A DNA stretch of 63,865 nucleotides, filler included, from Octopus bimaculoides (Eukaryota), in NCBI RefSeq assembly GCF_001194135.2. It is 5 parts of 5 records of this genome, joined end to end, with 100 filler letters (N's around TTAATTAATTAA, not from the genome) between each part and the next. Parts side by side here need not be neighbours in the genome. Positions count along the whole stretch, not along the records: positions 26,182 to 48,929 come from NC_068981.1; positions 49,030 to 61,574 come from NC_068990.1; 3 more parts are not named here. One strand, given 5' to 3'. This document shows, one piece after another, positions 41,612 through 54,122 of the stretch. The notes beneath the pieces are model-generated. The model searched no databases. It was given only the letters and a program-made list of their open reading frames with translations, and was not told where the DNA came from. A program made the position numbers and the translations under genes. Position 1 is the stretch's first letter; every line of letters starts with the position of its first letter.

Positions 41612-41717
41612 AACACGAGAAAATAAACAGAGAATTTTAAAAACTTTTGGAGCTAGCAGTCAATCATGGTGGCTGGCTGGTGAGGTAGTTAGACAGGCGA
41701 GCTAGGAAGAAAGGGAG

Positions 41718-41790
41718 ATAATGGTAGTGATAATGGTAAAGCACTTGACATGTAATAACAGGGATGTGAGTTCGAGTCTCATGGCTGGCT
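41718..41790 (+). pseudogene. Degenerate tRNA-like head, copy 1 of a 298-bp-period duplication
   Basis: TAATGGTAAAGC (A-box-like) and GTGAG TTCGAGT CTCAT (T arm). Confidence 0.4.
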
Positions 41791-42015
41791 GGCTGATAAG
41801 TATTATTCTCCAATGTATGGATAATTTATCCTGTTCACGCTATTTTATTAGCATTATCATGCATTTGAGAATACAGAATTTATTTCTGTATCTTTCAATA
41901 CATCTCAACGCTTCTAAAACAAACTTTGTTTGTTTACTTTCATAGTAAGTTGAATTTAACGTTAGCGTCTTATGAAGCTAAATTTATAAGTTCTAAAATT
42001 GCAGAATTCATTACT

Positions 42016-42089
42016 GGGCAGTTTAGTTTAATGATAAAGCACTTGACGCATAATTACAGGAATGTGAGTTCAAGTCTCATGACTGGCCA
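42016..42089 (+). pseudogene. 74-nt tRNA-like sequence (tRNA pseudogene or SINE head), copy 2
   Basis: Acceptor GGGCAGT/ACTGGCC-A (6 of 7 pairs), D-arm-like TAGTTTAATGATAAAGC and T arm GTGAG TTCAAGT CTCAT. The anticodon arm is imperfect. Confidence 0.5.
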
Positions 42090-43339
42090 GTAACGTATTT
42101 TTCTGCAATGTATGGATAATTTATCCTATTCATGCTATTTTATTAGCATTATCACGCGTTTAAGAATAAAAAATTTATTTCTGTATATATATANNNNNNN
42201 NNNNNNNNNNNNNNNNNNNNNNNNNNNNNNNNNNNNNNNNNNNNNNNNNNNNNNNNNNNNNNNNNNNNNNNNNNNNNNNNNNNNNNNNNNNNNNNNNNNN
42301 NNNNNNNNNNNNNNNNNNNNNNNNNNNNNNNNNNNNNNNNNNNNNNNNNNNNNNNNNNNNNNNNNNNNNNNNNNNNNNNNNNNNNNNNNNNNNNNNNNNN
42401 NNNNNNNNNNNNNNNNNNNNNNNNNNNNNNNNNNNNNNNNNNNNNNNNNNNNNNNNNNNNNNNNNNNNNNNNNNNNNNNNNNNNNNNNNNNNNNNNNNNN
42501 NNNNNNNNNNNNNNNNNNNNNNNNNNNNNNNNNNNNNNNNNNNNNNNNNNNNNNNNNNNNNNNNNNNNNNNNNNNNNNNNNNNNNNNNNNNNNNNNNNNN
42601 NNNNNNNNNNNNNNNNNNNNNNNNNNNNNNNNNNNNNNNNNNNNNNNNNNNNNNNNNNNNNNNNNNNNNNNNNNNNNNNNNNNNNNNNNNNNNNNNNNNN
42701 NNNNNNNNNNNNNNGGATGGCAACACCAGGCTCCAATCTAAATTTGGCAGAGTTTCTACAGCTGGATGCCCTTCCTAACGCCAACCACTCAGAGAGTGTA
42801 GTAGGTGCTTTTACGTGTCACCTGCACGAAGGCCAGTCAGGTGATACTGGCAACGGCCACGCTCGAAATGGTGTCTTTTATGTGCCGCCCGCACAAGAGC
42901 CAGTCCAGGGGCACTGGCAATGATCTTACTTGGCTTGCCGGGTCTTCTCACGCACAGCACATATATATATATATATATAAATAGAGAGAGAGAGAGAGAG
43001 ATAAATAGATAGATAGATAGAGAGATAGATAGATGGATACAAGGGCATCCAGCTGTAGAAAACATGCCAAATCAGACTGGAACCTGGTGCAGCTCCCCTG
43101 ATTTGCAGTTTTCAGTCAAACCGTCCAACCCATTCCAGCATTGAAAACAGACGTCAAATGATGATGATGCTATATATATTTGACATGGGGCGATTCTTTC
43201 TTGTATATTTTCCTGTCTTGGGATTCATGGTCAAACAGCTGGGTGGAATTGTGCGAAAAATTACACATGTGTAGAATGATCTGGTGGTGTTGCTGGGTTT
43301 TGTATTTTTTCATAGCTCCCATGGTTACTAAGATAATTT

Positions 43340-43878
43340 ACTATAATGACACTCTTGTGTTTATGAATGAGAAAGGAAGGGGTGATAGTTGAATAAGGAA
43401 GGAAGAGGTGATGTCATACTTGGTAGTGGGATGATGAATATTGTAGGCTGAAAAAAATAAATCAAAGTGTTTCAACTCTGTGTGAATATATGTGTGCGTA
43501 TGTAAAAGGAGGGGTGTATGTGAATGTGTGTGTGTGTATGTGCATGTGCACGTGCAATGGAAGTGGGATGATTAACATTCAACACTGAAAAGAAAAATCA
43601 AACAGCGTTTCAACTCTGTGTATTTGGTATTTACTTACCAGCTCTTATATTTAGTCACAGCCAGCGTTATGTGGCCTTAAGTTGGACAAGAAGGAAGGAA
43701 AACTTGAAAATTCTTTTGATGGAAACAAACAGTCAAAGGATGTTAGTTGCGGATAGATTTTTCGCAAAAAATTTAGTAACAAAAGAATCATTAAACCAAA
43801 ATCTTAGTTTTGTACCTTATTTATATATAAAATACTACAATTAGCTGTCATTTTTGACGGCACGGGGCCCAGCTAGTT
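43340..43878 (+). mobile_element. Putative non-autonomous Helitron-like element (hairpin + CTAG end)
   Basis: Body shared with 46650-46790. The terminal segment has hairpin GCTGTCA..TGACGGC followed by CAGCTAGT, repeated at 47180-47232. Confidence 0.45.
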
Positions 43879-44459
43879 NNNNNNNNNNNNNNNNNNNNNN
43901 NNNNNNNNNNNNNNNNNNNNNNNNNNNNNNNNNNNNNNNNNNNNNNNNNNNNNNNNNNNNNNNNNNNNNNNNNNNNNNNNNNNNNNNNNNNNNNNNNNNN
44001 NNNNNNNNNNNNNNNNNNNNNNNNNNNNNNNNNNNNNNNNNNNNNNNNNNNNNNNNNNNNNNNNNNNNNNNNNNNNNNNNNNNNNNNNNNNNNNNNNNNN
44101 NNNNNNNNNNNNNNNNNNNNNNNNNNNNNNNNNNNNNNNNNNNNNNNNNNTATATATATATATATATATCTTTTATCTTCCATCTTTTACTTATTTCAGT
44201 CATTAGACTGAGGCCATACTGGGACACTGCTTTGAGGAATTTTTAATTGAATGAATCTCAACATACTTCTTTCTTTTTTTTTTTTTTTCGGTAAGCCTGG
44301 TACTTATTCCATCAGTCATTTTTGCCAAGCCACTAAGTTACAGAAACTTAAACACACTAACACTGTAGGGGGACAAACACAGACACAAACACACACACAC
44401 ACACACATACACATGCACACATAGATATGTATACATACAATGGGTTTCTATCAGTTTCC

Positions 44460-44690
44460 TATTTCTTTATTGCCCACAAGGGGCTAAACATAGAGGGGAC
44501 AAACAAGGACAGACAAAGGAATTAAGTCGATTACATCCACCCCAGTGCGTAACTGGTACTTAATTTATTGACCCCGAAAGGATGAAAGAGAAAGTCGACC
44601 TCGGCGGAATTCGAACTCAGAATATAGCGGCAGACAAAATACCACTAAGTATTTCACCCGGTGTGCTAACGTGTCTGCCAGTTTGCCACC
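44460..44690 (-). mobile_element. SINE nested in an older SINE, 15-bp TSD
   Basis: TTTCTATCAGTTTCC at 44445-44459 and 44692-44706. Same family as 28911-29141. Confidence 0.85.
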
Positions 44691-45022
44691 TTTTCTATCA
44701 GTTTCCATTTATCAAATCCTCTCACGAGGTTTTGGTCAACCCGAGGCTATAGTAGAAGATGCTTGCCCAAGGTGCCAGACAATGGGACTAAACCCCGAAT
44801 CATGTAGTTGGGAAGCAAACTTTTTTCCACACTGTTGCGCTTGTGGTAAGGATATATTTATCTGGCAAGTTACCTAGCAACCACAGTGTACAAATCGCAA
44901 AGTGGCTGACATTAGGAATAGTATCCATCATGTAGAAATCTTGCCTAAACAGACATTGGAGCTTAGTGCCATGGAAAACAGATGTTAAATGATGATGATG
45001 ATGATAATAATGACATATGTAT

Positions 45023-45054
<32 letters not shown>

Positions 45055-46497
45055 GTATGTATTTACATACACATCAGGAAAGAGAGAGGTAGAAAGTGTG
45101 TGAAATTCCATAAATACAAAATCAACTTGGAGAGTAATTTTGTTTTCAATATTTCTAACTTTTTGAAGAGTCACCATCATCATCATCAGCAACAATAATA
45201 TTTAACGTCCATCTTCCATGCTGGCATGAGTTGGGCGGCATGATAGGAACTGGCAAGGTCAGAGGCCTTACCAGGTCCCATAGTCTGTTTTGGCTTGGTT
45301 TCTACAGCTGAATGCCCTTCTTAAGTGGCATGATAGGAACTGGCAAGGTCAGAGGCTGTACCAGGTCCCATAGTGTGTTTTGGCTTGGTTTCTACAGCTG
45401 AATGCCCTTCTTAATGCCAACCACCACTCCACAGAATGTACTGGTTGCTTTTTATTTGACACCATCACCAGTGATTTTATTTTAAAGTAATGAATAGTTT
45501 TCTTTTGAAAATTAATATTCCTTTAACATTTTGTATAAGCACCAAGAAATTTGATATAAGTTGAATTATAGTTATTGCTTGTATGCCATATTTCCTGATA
45601 TATTCTATGGTTGGTAAAAGTATACTTCCAAAGTTATATTGCCAAAAGTTATCTGTAAAATAGCAGGTAACATTCCAGTATATATATATGTATATATATA
45701 TATTATACATATTATGCTTTGTAAGATTCTTGATGTGAAAACATGTATTGAAATAAATGTTATTGTGCCTTTGGAGGGTCATTTTGCAAAGAAAAATACA
45801 CACTGGTTATATTTTGATTACTTTTATTATCAGTCAGCTAGTTAACTAATTAACCAATGTACAGAATTATCATAAATGATCTTATAGTTTAACATCCTTT
45901 AATTGTACTCACTGACTGTTTCATTAGGATAAACATTATTAATCCCATTTTACATAATTAATCAATACGACTTAAATTAATTTAAATTAGTTTACAATCT
46001 ATGTTAACTCAAATCACCAGGAGTAATTAACTATGTATTGCGTTTATGCAAGTGGAATTAACAATGTCTATTCTAATGAAACAGTTGCTGAGCACAAAGT
46101 ATGAACTATATGTGAAATGTATTCTATACATACACACAAATGCACACACACACACACACGCGTGCACACGCACACACCCATCTATGATATTAGTTTTTAA
46201 TGAAGTTAGTAAAATATCTTGGCTTTGTCAGTATACGCCCACTAGATAGATATGTTGGACCTTAATGTAAAATGGAGTTATTATTTCAGTGTGATAATTA
46301 GATTTGAGTCCATACTTTGAACTAGATAATATTCTTTGTCTTTGTTACTAAGCTTTTTCTAAAGCTTTTAATCATAACATATTTCTTGTCACCTTCAGAA
46401 AGTTTTATTTCAGCCTTAACCCCTGTTTATGCAGTTCTTACTTGCTATGTAGTAATAATCTCTTAATATAACAATGAGCACAGTGTTTTTATACATT

Positions 46498-46532
<35 letters not shown>

Positions 46533-46810
46533 NNNNNNNNNNNNNNNNNNNNNNNNNNNNNNNNNNNNNNNNNNNGGAGAGAAAATAGTAATTCAGTGAA
46601 GGAGAAGTAGAGAGAATTATAGCCCTGACTGAGAGGTAGTGAGAGAAAGTAATAGCAATGAGAAAAAGGAAGGGGTGATAGATGAATAAAGAAGGAAGGG
46701 GTGAAAAAAAATCAGTGTTTCAACTCTGTGTGAGTATATGCGTGTGCATGTACAAGGGAAGTATGTGAATGTCTGTATGTGCGATTATTACATCACTTAT
46801 TTTGTATGCT

Positions 46811-47177
46811 ATTACCTCTGCCTTAGCAAAGGCAGAGGTATTGTTTTCAGTCATATTTGTTTGTTTGTCCACGGACAAGATATCTCACAAACCACAGAAT
46901 GGATTCGGATGAAACTTTCAGGTATGTTTGGCCTCATGACTGGCACAAACTGATTAGATTTTGGGATCGATCTGGTACTGGACAAGGATTCTGGATTATT
47001 TTTCCTGTTTTTTTACTTAATTTTTGAGAGCGGTTGGGTTAATTTTTAATCTTCTCATTTGTGAGAGCAGTTGATTTTATTTCAGATATTCTAATTTTAA
47101 GAATCATCCCTGGCTAATCGTTGAGAAGACATTGGTGTTGCCTTGGTGGAGGTTTTCCCCGTCTGAGTGCTCTTGTT
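46811..47177 (+). mobile_element. Helentron-associated (HINE/DINE-1-like) non-autonomous element
   Basis: 5' TACCTCTGCCT/AGGCAGAGGTA inverted repeat (46813-46840), 3' subterminal CCTTGGTGGAGGT (47141-47153) and CTGAGTGCTCTTGTT end. Confidence 0.65.
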
Positions 47178-47830
47178 TATATATAAACTACTACAATTGG
47201 CTGTCATTAATGACAGCATGTGGTCAGCTAGTTAATAATGATATTGCAGTGTTGCACAATTTGAGGAAAGCAATATTGTCTCCCCCCATCATCAGAATAT
47301 AAGCATAGCTTCTGATTGTGTTTGGCATGCCAGCCTTCAATCAAAACAGCTTATCTAAGGACTTCACCTCATTTCATTTCATGCCTCTTGGATTGCTAGT
47401 TTCCTATTAACCATATATATTGACAGTTGCCTCCCTGTCCTTATTCTTGCCACATTGGTGTACTCTAAGGTTTGGTTTTGTCTTCCACTTTCTTCCTTCT
47501 TTATGTCAATGACTAACATGTTGCCAAATCCACCAACACTCTAATAAAAACGAAAATACTCATCATTCCACCCTAACATCTGTCATGCATCATCCTTTGA
47601 TGATTTATGGCTTTATGCTCCATTCTAGTATACTATTACTGCATTGTATTTACTATTTACATACACAGAATCATACCATTACAACTGCAAATCTTTTGTA
47701 AATATCTTTCAATATATGTATAATGTAACATACCAAATTTATTTTTTGCACAGAATATACATATAAAATAGAGGTGCGCTTATATGAGAGCACACCTTAT
47801 ATGCTGGCAAATACCATATATACAAGCATG

Positions 47831-47869
<39 letters not shown>

Positions 47870-48890
47870 ATATACATAAATGCATACATACACACAGACA
47901 GACAGACATATATTACATTCCAATATACATACCGAGGCACTAAGATATGTTACAAACTGCCTAAGTACCAATCTTGAAAAATTAGGGTTCACAAAATCAG
48001 AAAGGAAAAAAACTCACTAGAAAATTACAGACACAAGCCATCAATAGAACTGTCAAAATATGTAAAACTTTCCAAAAGTTTAGCATATAAGTACATACAC
48101 ACATATTTAGTCATGTGTAGTTATATGTATATACATACATAAGACAAAACCTACAGATCTGCACCTGTACTGACTCCAAGCTCTTGCACACATACACACA
48201 ACCATGTGTAACTACCCTGTTGATGTTTAAATTCCAGTGAAGAAACTTTGGATCTAAGTCAGAAACCAGCTCTTTCTCTATTGACAAGAAACCTATAAAT
48301 AAAACATAATTACATGCTGTCTACTTGACATCAACATGACCAAAACTGTACAGGAGAAAAAACCAAAAGACATTGCATAAATGAATCACTGATGAGGTGT
48401 TAATGAATCCAGTAAACAAAATAACAGTTACAGTTTCACATCCATTATCTTCACAGAGACAGCGTATACAATAAAACACTTAGATCAAGAATTATGGCTG
48501 AACTTAAATTCTTGGAGGGCAAGACAAGATCACCATACCTGGGATAATAAACATCTGCAAAACCTTCATAAGATTTTACAAGTATATGGTTTTGTAAAGG
48601 ATGTAAAAAGGAAAAAGAAAAGAAGAGAAAAACTCAACAAAAAGAAACAACACAGTCTGTCTTATAATTATTTTTCTCCTTTGTGTACAACAACCTTGCT
48701 TCTGAGTAGACAGATGGTTAAGATAAACATTGAGAACTCCACCAGGAAGTGGAAACATACATACATACATACATACATACATATGTATATGTGAATACCC
48801 TCACACATGCATATTTATTGAATATATATATATATATATATTTATACATACATACACATGTATATACATATATACATATACATTATATAA

Positions 48891-48929
<39 letters not shown>

Positions 48930-49029
48930 NNNNNNNNNNNNNNNNNNNNNNNNNNNNNNNNNNNNNNNNNNNNTTAATTAATTAANNNNNNNNNNNNNNN
49001 NNNNNNNNNNNNNNNNNNNNNNNNNNNNN
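48930..49029. other. Scaffold join with TTAATTAATTAA spacer
   Basis: Spacer at 48974-48985 within a 100-base gap. Confidence 0.9.
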
Positions 49030-49072
49030 TATTCAATTTTTTTTCTCCGTGTTTTTCTCCTTGTCTCCGTAT

Positions 49073-49109
49073 TCTTTCTGTTGAAGAGCGTAGCTCGAAA
49101 CGTCAAAGA
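49073..49109 (+). ncRNA. Minimal type I hammerhead-like motif, A6U core variant, best-preserved copy
   Basis: TCTTT CTGTTGA A GAGC GTA GCTC GAAA C GTC AAAGA: perfect stems I and II, ACGT palindromic stem III and GUC site. Lies in a repeat spanning about 49030-49200. Confidence 0.65.
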
Positions 49110-50674
49110 CTTTCCGTATTCCCGAGCGTCATACTAATATATACTTTTGTTATTTACACCACCTGTCCTCGTCTGTTGTTATTTTTTGTATATTCTCCCA
49201 TATATATATATATATATACTTATATATATATACTTATATATTTGAGAGAGAGAGTATATATTTGAAACGCTGTCATAATTGAAATCTTGTATCTACAATT
49301 CATATCTTTGAGAAAGTGTACGGTTTCAAATCGAAGATAGAAAATAGTTTGCGCCTTCATTACCCAATAATAGTATCCAGTTTTGTATAATTGGTATCTA
49401 CGATGATGGATTATTTCACTGTCTGCTTTTTGTTGTTCTGTCTAGCCTTACACGTTGATGCGCCTTGATGCTTAATGAATCCTTTTACCTGAAATACACA
49501 ATGTCAAAGGCCTCTACTGACAATCATCACAAACCTCTGTGGTGACTGTCAGTGGAGCTGTCCTGGATTGTGATTGCTCAGATATGGCAACCCTAGTCTT
49601 TTTTTACCCTGCAAGTTCACCGAATCCCACCTATTTACCTATCTATCTTTGCTCTAATATCTTGTCTGCTAACCTGGTCACGTGGCTGCTTCATGTTCGA
49701 GTTATGATAAAAACTTGCACAAATGAGACAGTGAGTCTAAACGATTACACAAATACAATGTCTTTTTAAATCGTTGTCGTTAAAAATGATCCACTTTACC
49801 AAAACTTTCCTCAAAATAGAATAAATATATAAATAAAATCTATCTCCCTGTCATGGTCACAGCCAGTGGGTTGAAACAAAAATCAAAAATACCCCCATCC
49901 AAACATGAGTCAGTTTTCTTGCACGACTGAGAATTTTGGTCCTTGTTCTTTTATCTTTTTTTCCCACTAAACTTTGTTCTTCTCGGCCCATGACTCAGAG
50001 AACAGCCAGTCATGCTCTGAGAACACAGATTTAACTGTTCGGTCAGCAACAGTCACCAATAGTCTATCGTTCGAACGAGAAGTTCGACTTATTCACGTTG
50101 TCACGGCCAACGCACGCACACAAACAAAGAAGCCATCACCGCAATCACAAAACAACCACAACTAACTTGGCGATTACAATGGTTTCTAAGTACAAAGTCA
50201 GACATTTTGAGGTGGTGGGGGTATTAGTCGAAACTATCTCTCTCAGTACTTGACGGGTACTTTATTTTATCGATCCTGAAAACAAGAAAAAAAATGAAAG
50301 ATAAATTTTACCTCGGAGGGAATTGAAAACACAAACGACCGGGAAAATGTACTGCAGAATATTTCTTGTGACGCTCTAACGATTCTGTCCGTTCATCGTC
50401 TCCATTATAATGGCCATCACGACGATTTCATGCAACGGCTACAAAGAACCAACAAGAGGATCCCTGTGTTGTCACTTCACCCGCTAGAAATAACAGCTAA
50501 TTTCCCCTCAAATCACAGAATATAAGATACACCTTAGTTTGAACTGAAGACGGTGTGGTCATGGATTATGCAGGCCTTTGACCATCAGTGCTGGACTGGG
50601 GTTAAATAACATTAAAACCTCGAGGGAACAATCGGCGAGGAAGCCTCCATGTGGACTTCGACATGTTTGAAATA

Positions 50675-51915
50675 CGAAGATGGGCCGTGAAGTTCATAGA
50701 CCGACTATGAAGGAGTGATGCTAGAGCTGTGAAATCTTGCAGGCGTTCCTTTCAACTCTTCTTATTAATAACTGTATTGTTTCTTTCTGGGTAAACTGAC
50801 ATCTGACTCTTTGAAGAACATTTCAAAAGTAACTTGTAGTGACTTCTTTTGAAAATGGACAAAATTTTGCATCGAGGTGTTATCTGCAGGAAAAGGGTTT
50901 AACCTCCAAAGACATTCATGCTGACATGGTTGCAACATTAGGGAATGATGCTCCATGTTTATCAACAATGCAAAAGTGGGTGTCTGAATTTAGAAAGGGA
51001 AGGGAGGGTCTTGAAGATGACCTAGGGTCTGGACGTCCTGCAACTGCCACTTCTGAGGAAAACATTGAATTCACCACAGGCTGATGGATGACAGGCAATT
51101 GGCTATAAATCAAATAGCCAATGCCATTAGCATATCCCATGGAAGAGTTGAGAATATCCTGCGCAATGAACTTGGCATGATGAAGGTTTCTGCTCGGTGA
51201 GTGCCGCGTCTTCTGACACCTGGTCAAAAGCGCCCCAGGTGGATCACAGGAAAATCTGACATTGTTTGAGGAAGATGGAGCTGGTTTCTTCGAACGTTTC
51301 CTAAGCCAGGATGAGTCTTCAGTTCATCACTTTGAGCCAGAGACAAAGAAACAATCCATGCAGCAGAAGTACCCGTTGCAAAGAAGGTCAAGATCGTTTG
51401 ATCTGTGAGGAAGGTGATGGCCTCAGTTTTTTAAGATGCAAAAGGCAACGTGTTTATTGACTATCTTCAAAATGACTACATCACCAATAGAGAGCGTTAC
51501 GCCAACTCGCTGACCAAACGCCTAGGAAAACTGATGAGAGTAAACTTGTTTCATCGGGACAATTCTCCATCACACAAGCGCTCAGTTTCAATGGCTGCTC
51601 TGCATGTCTGTGGCCTTGAACTGGTTGATCACTCTTCCTTTCTCCTGATTTGACCCCATCTGGCGATCATCTGTTCCCCAACATAAAAAAAACCCCACTT
51701 GGCTGGGAACCAGTATCGCAGGAATGGGGACATCCTATCTACTGTTGAGGACTTTTTGAGCGACAGGATGAAAACTTCGTCGCCAATGGGATCCAAACAT
51801 TGCAACACTGATGGAGGACCGGAAAAGAGGGAGTCTGGTGAAAAATAACCTCATTTGGTCACATTCCACAAAAGTATCTTTTTGGTCAGCCTATAAATTT
51901 TTCAGTCGACCCTCG
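50675..51915 (+). mobile_element. Near full-length degenerate mariner (irritans/Hsmar2-like) transposon
   Basis: TA-flanked imperfect ITRs (CGAAGATGGGCCGTGAAGTTCATAG / CTATAAATTTTTCAGTCGACCCTCG), 1241 bp. Broken ORF: KGLTSKDIHADMVATLG...SGRPATAT, AR*VPRLLT, DESSVHHFEPETK, SPDLTPS. Confidence 0.92.
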
Positions 51916-52314
51916 TAGAAGTCATTTTGTAGCAATTTGAACCCTAACGATGGGACTGTCACGAATGGAACGTCTTTGATCTTTGCTCAATTAGGCCCTT
52001 CCCCCCACCCCGGTGTTAAACAACAATAACAACAACTACGAGGCTGCAGTCTCACATGCAACTATTAGTCAGCATAACCTGAACCACTACCACAGCCACC
52101 ACCACCACCAAAACCGAACCACTACAACAAACACCACTCTATTGTTAAACATGAACGATCATGAAGCTTCACAGTGTATCCTCATTACTCCAACACCTCT
52201 GTCCTGTCTAAACTTGTTTGGAATTTTGCATACATTTTCTTGGCCTACATTCTACAATGCTATCTGTAAATAAAATTTTTCACATATCCTTCAAATACGT
52301 AAACATACACATGT

Positions 52315-52342
52315 GTTACATACACACACACACACACACTTT

Positions 52343-52403
<61 letters not shown>

Positions 52404-52755
52404 CAAATGAATGAACATGCACGTAGACACACATGTCGATGATGGTATGTAGATACACAATCATAACGTACACAAATACACACTGAAAATATAAGCTTAT
52501 ACAAATACATACACACACATACACACACACACACACACACCCATACACACACACACCCCCATACACACACACACACACCCATACACAGACATACACCCAT
52601 ACACACACACACCCATACACAAACACACACACACACACACACACAAACACGCACCCATACACACACACACCCATACACACACATACACCCATACATACAC
52701 ACATCCATACACACAAACACACACCCATACACACACACACACATACACACACACA
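52315..52755. repeat. (CA)n/(CT)n and (ACACACCCAT)-type microsatellites next to a gap
   Basis: Directly visible. Confidence 0.9.
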
Positions 52756-53975
52756 NNNNNNNNNNNNNNNNNNNNNNNNNNNNNNNNNNNNNNNNNNNNN
52801 NNNNNNNNNNNNNNNNNNNNNNNNNNNNNNNNNNNNNNNNNNNNNNNNNNNNNNNNNNNNNNNNNNNNNNNNNNNNNNNNNNNNNNNNNNNNNNNNNNNN
52901 NNNNNNNNNNNNNNNNNNNNNNNNNNNNNNNNNNNNNNNNNNNNNNNNNNNNNNNNNNNNNNNNNNNNNNNNNNNNNNNNNNNNNNNNNNNNNNNNNNNN
53001 NNNNNNNNNNNNNNNNNNNNNNNNNNNNNNNNNNNNNNNNNNNNNNNNNNNNNNNNNNNNNNNNNNNNNNNNNNNNNNNNNNNNNNNNNNNNNNNNNNNN
53101 NNNNNNNNNNNNNNNNNNNNNNNNNNNNNNNNNNNNNNNNNNNNNNNNNNNNNNNNNNNNNNNNNNNNNNNNNNNNNNNNNNNNNNNNNNNNNNNNNNNN
53201 NNNNNNNNNNNNNNNNNNNNNNNNNNNNNNNNNNNNNNNNNNNNNNNNNNNNNNNNNNNNNNNNNNNNNNNNNNNNNNNNNNNNNNNNNNNNNNNNNNNN
53301 NNNNNNNNNNNNNNNNNNNNNNNNNNNNNNNNNNNNNNNNNNNNNNNNNNNNNNNNNNNNNNNNNNNNNNNNNNNNNNNNNNNNNNNNNNNNNNNNNNNN
53401 NNNNNNNNNNNNNNNNNNNNNNNNNNNNNNNNNNNNNNNNNNNNNNNNNNNNNNNNNNNNNNNNNNNNNNNNNNNNNNNNNNNNNNNNNNNNNNNNNNNN
53501 NNNNNNNNNNNNNNNNNNNNNNNNNNNNNNNNNNNNNNNNNNNNNNNNNNNNNNNNNNNNNNNNNNNNNNNNNNNNNNNNNNNNNNNNNNNNNNNNNNNN
53601 NNNNNNNNNNNNNNNNNNNNNNNNNNNNNNNNNNNNNNNNNNNNNNNNNNNNNNNNNNNNNNNNNNNNNNNNNNNNNNNNNNNNNNNNNNNNNNTATATA
53701 TATATATATTCTTTTACTTGTTTTAGTCATTTGACTGCGGCCATGCTGGAGCATCGCCTTTAGTTGAACAAATTGACTCCAGGACTTATTCTTTGTAAGC
53801 TTAGTATTTACTCTATCGGCCGCTTTTGCCGAACCGCTAAGTTACGGGGACGTAAACACACCAACATCAATTGCCAAGCGATAATAATGTTAGAAGATAC
53901 CGGAGATGGACAACAAGGAGTTCAAATCTATGTTTTTATCTCTGTATCAATGATGTCGTCACAGAAGGACTAATT

Positions 53976-54122
53976 CAGTGGTTTCCAACCTTTTCATTAC
54001 CAAGGACCCCTTTTATTTAAATGACTTTTCCCACGGACCCCAGGATATTGAAAGGTCTGTCAGCTTAATATGTTGACAGACCTCTAGTACTACCTTTGCG
54101 TACCACAGGTTTGGAACCATTC
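53976..54122. mobile_element. 147-bp hAT (Charlie-like) MITE with perfect 8-bp TSD
   Basis: GACTAATT|CAGTGGTTTCCAACC...GGTTTGGAACCATTC|GACTAATT, with an internal AGGTCTGTCA/TGACAGACCT hairpin. Confidence 0.85.

Noticed and set aside
45235-45415. About 90-bp tandem duplication
   Set aside because: Local duplication within a common SINE; ordinary.
45477-46100. Possible exons (DNFWQYNFGSILLP on minus; MYCVYASGINN on plus)
   Set aside because: Weak or missing partner splice sites and no recognisable homology.
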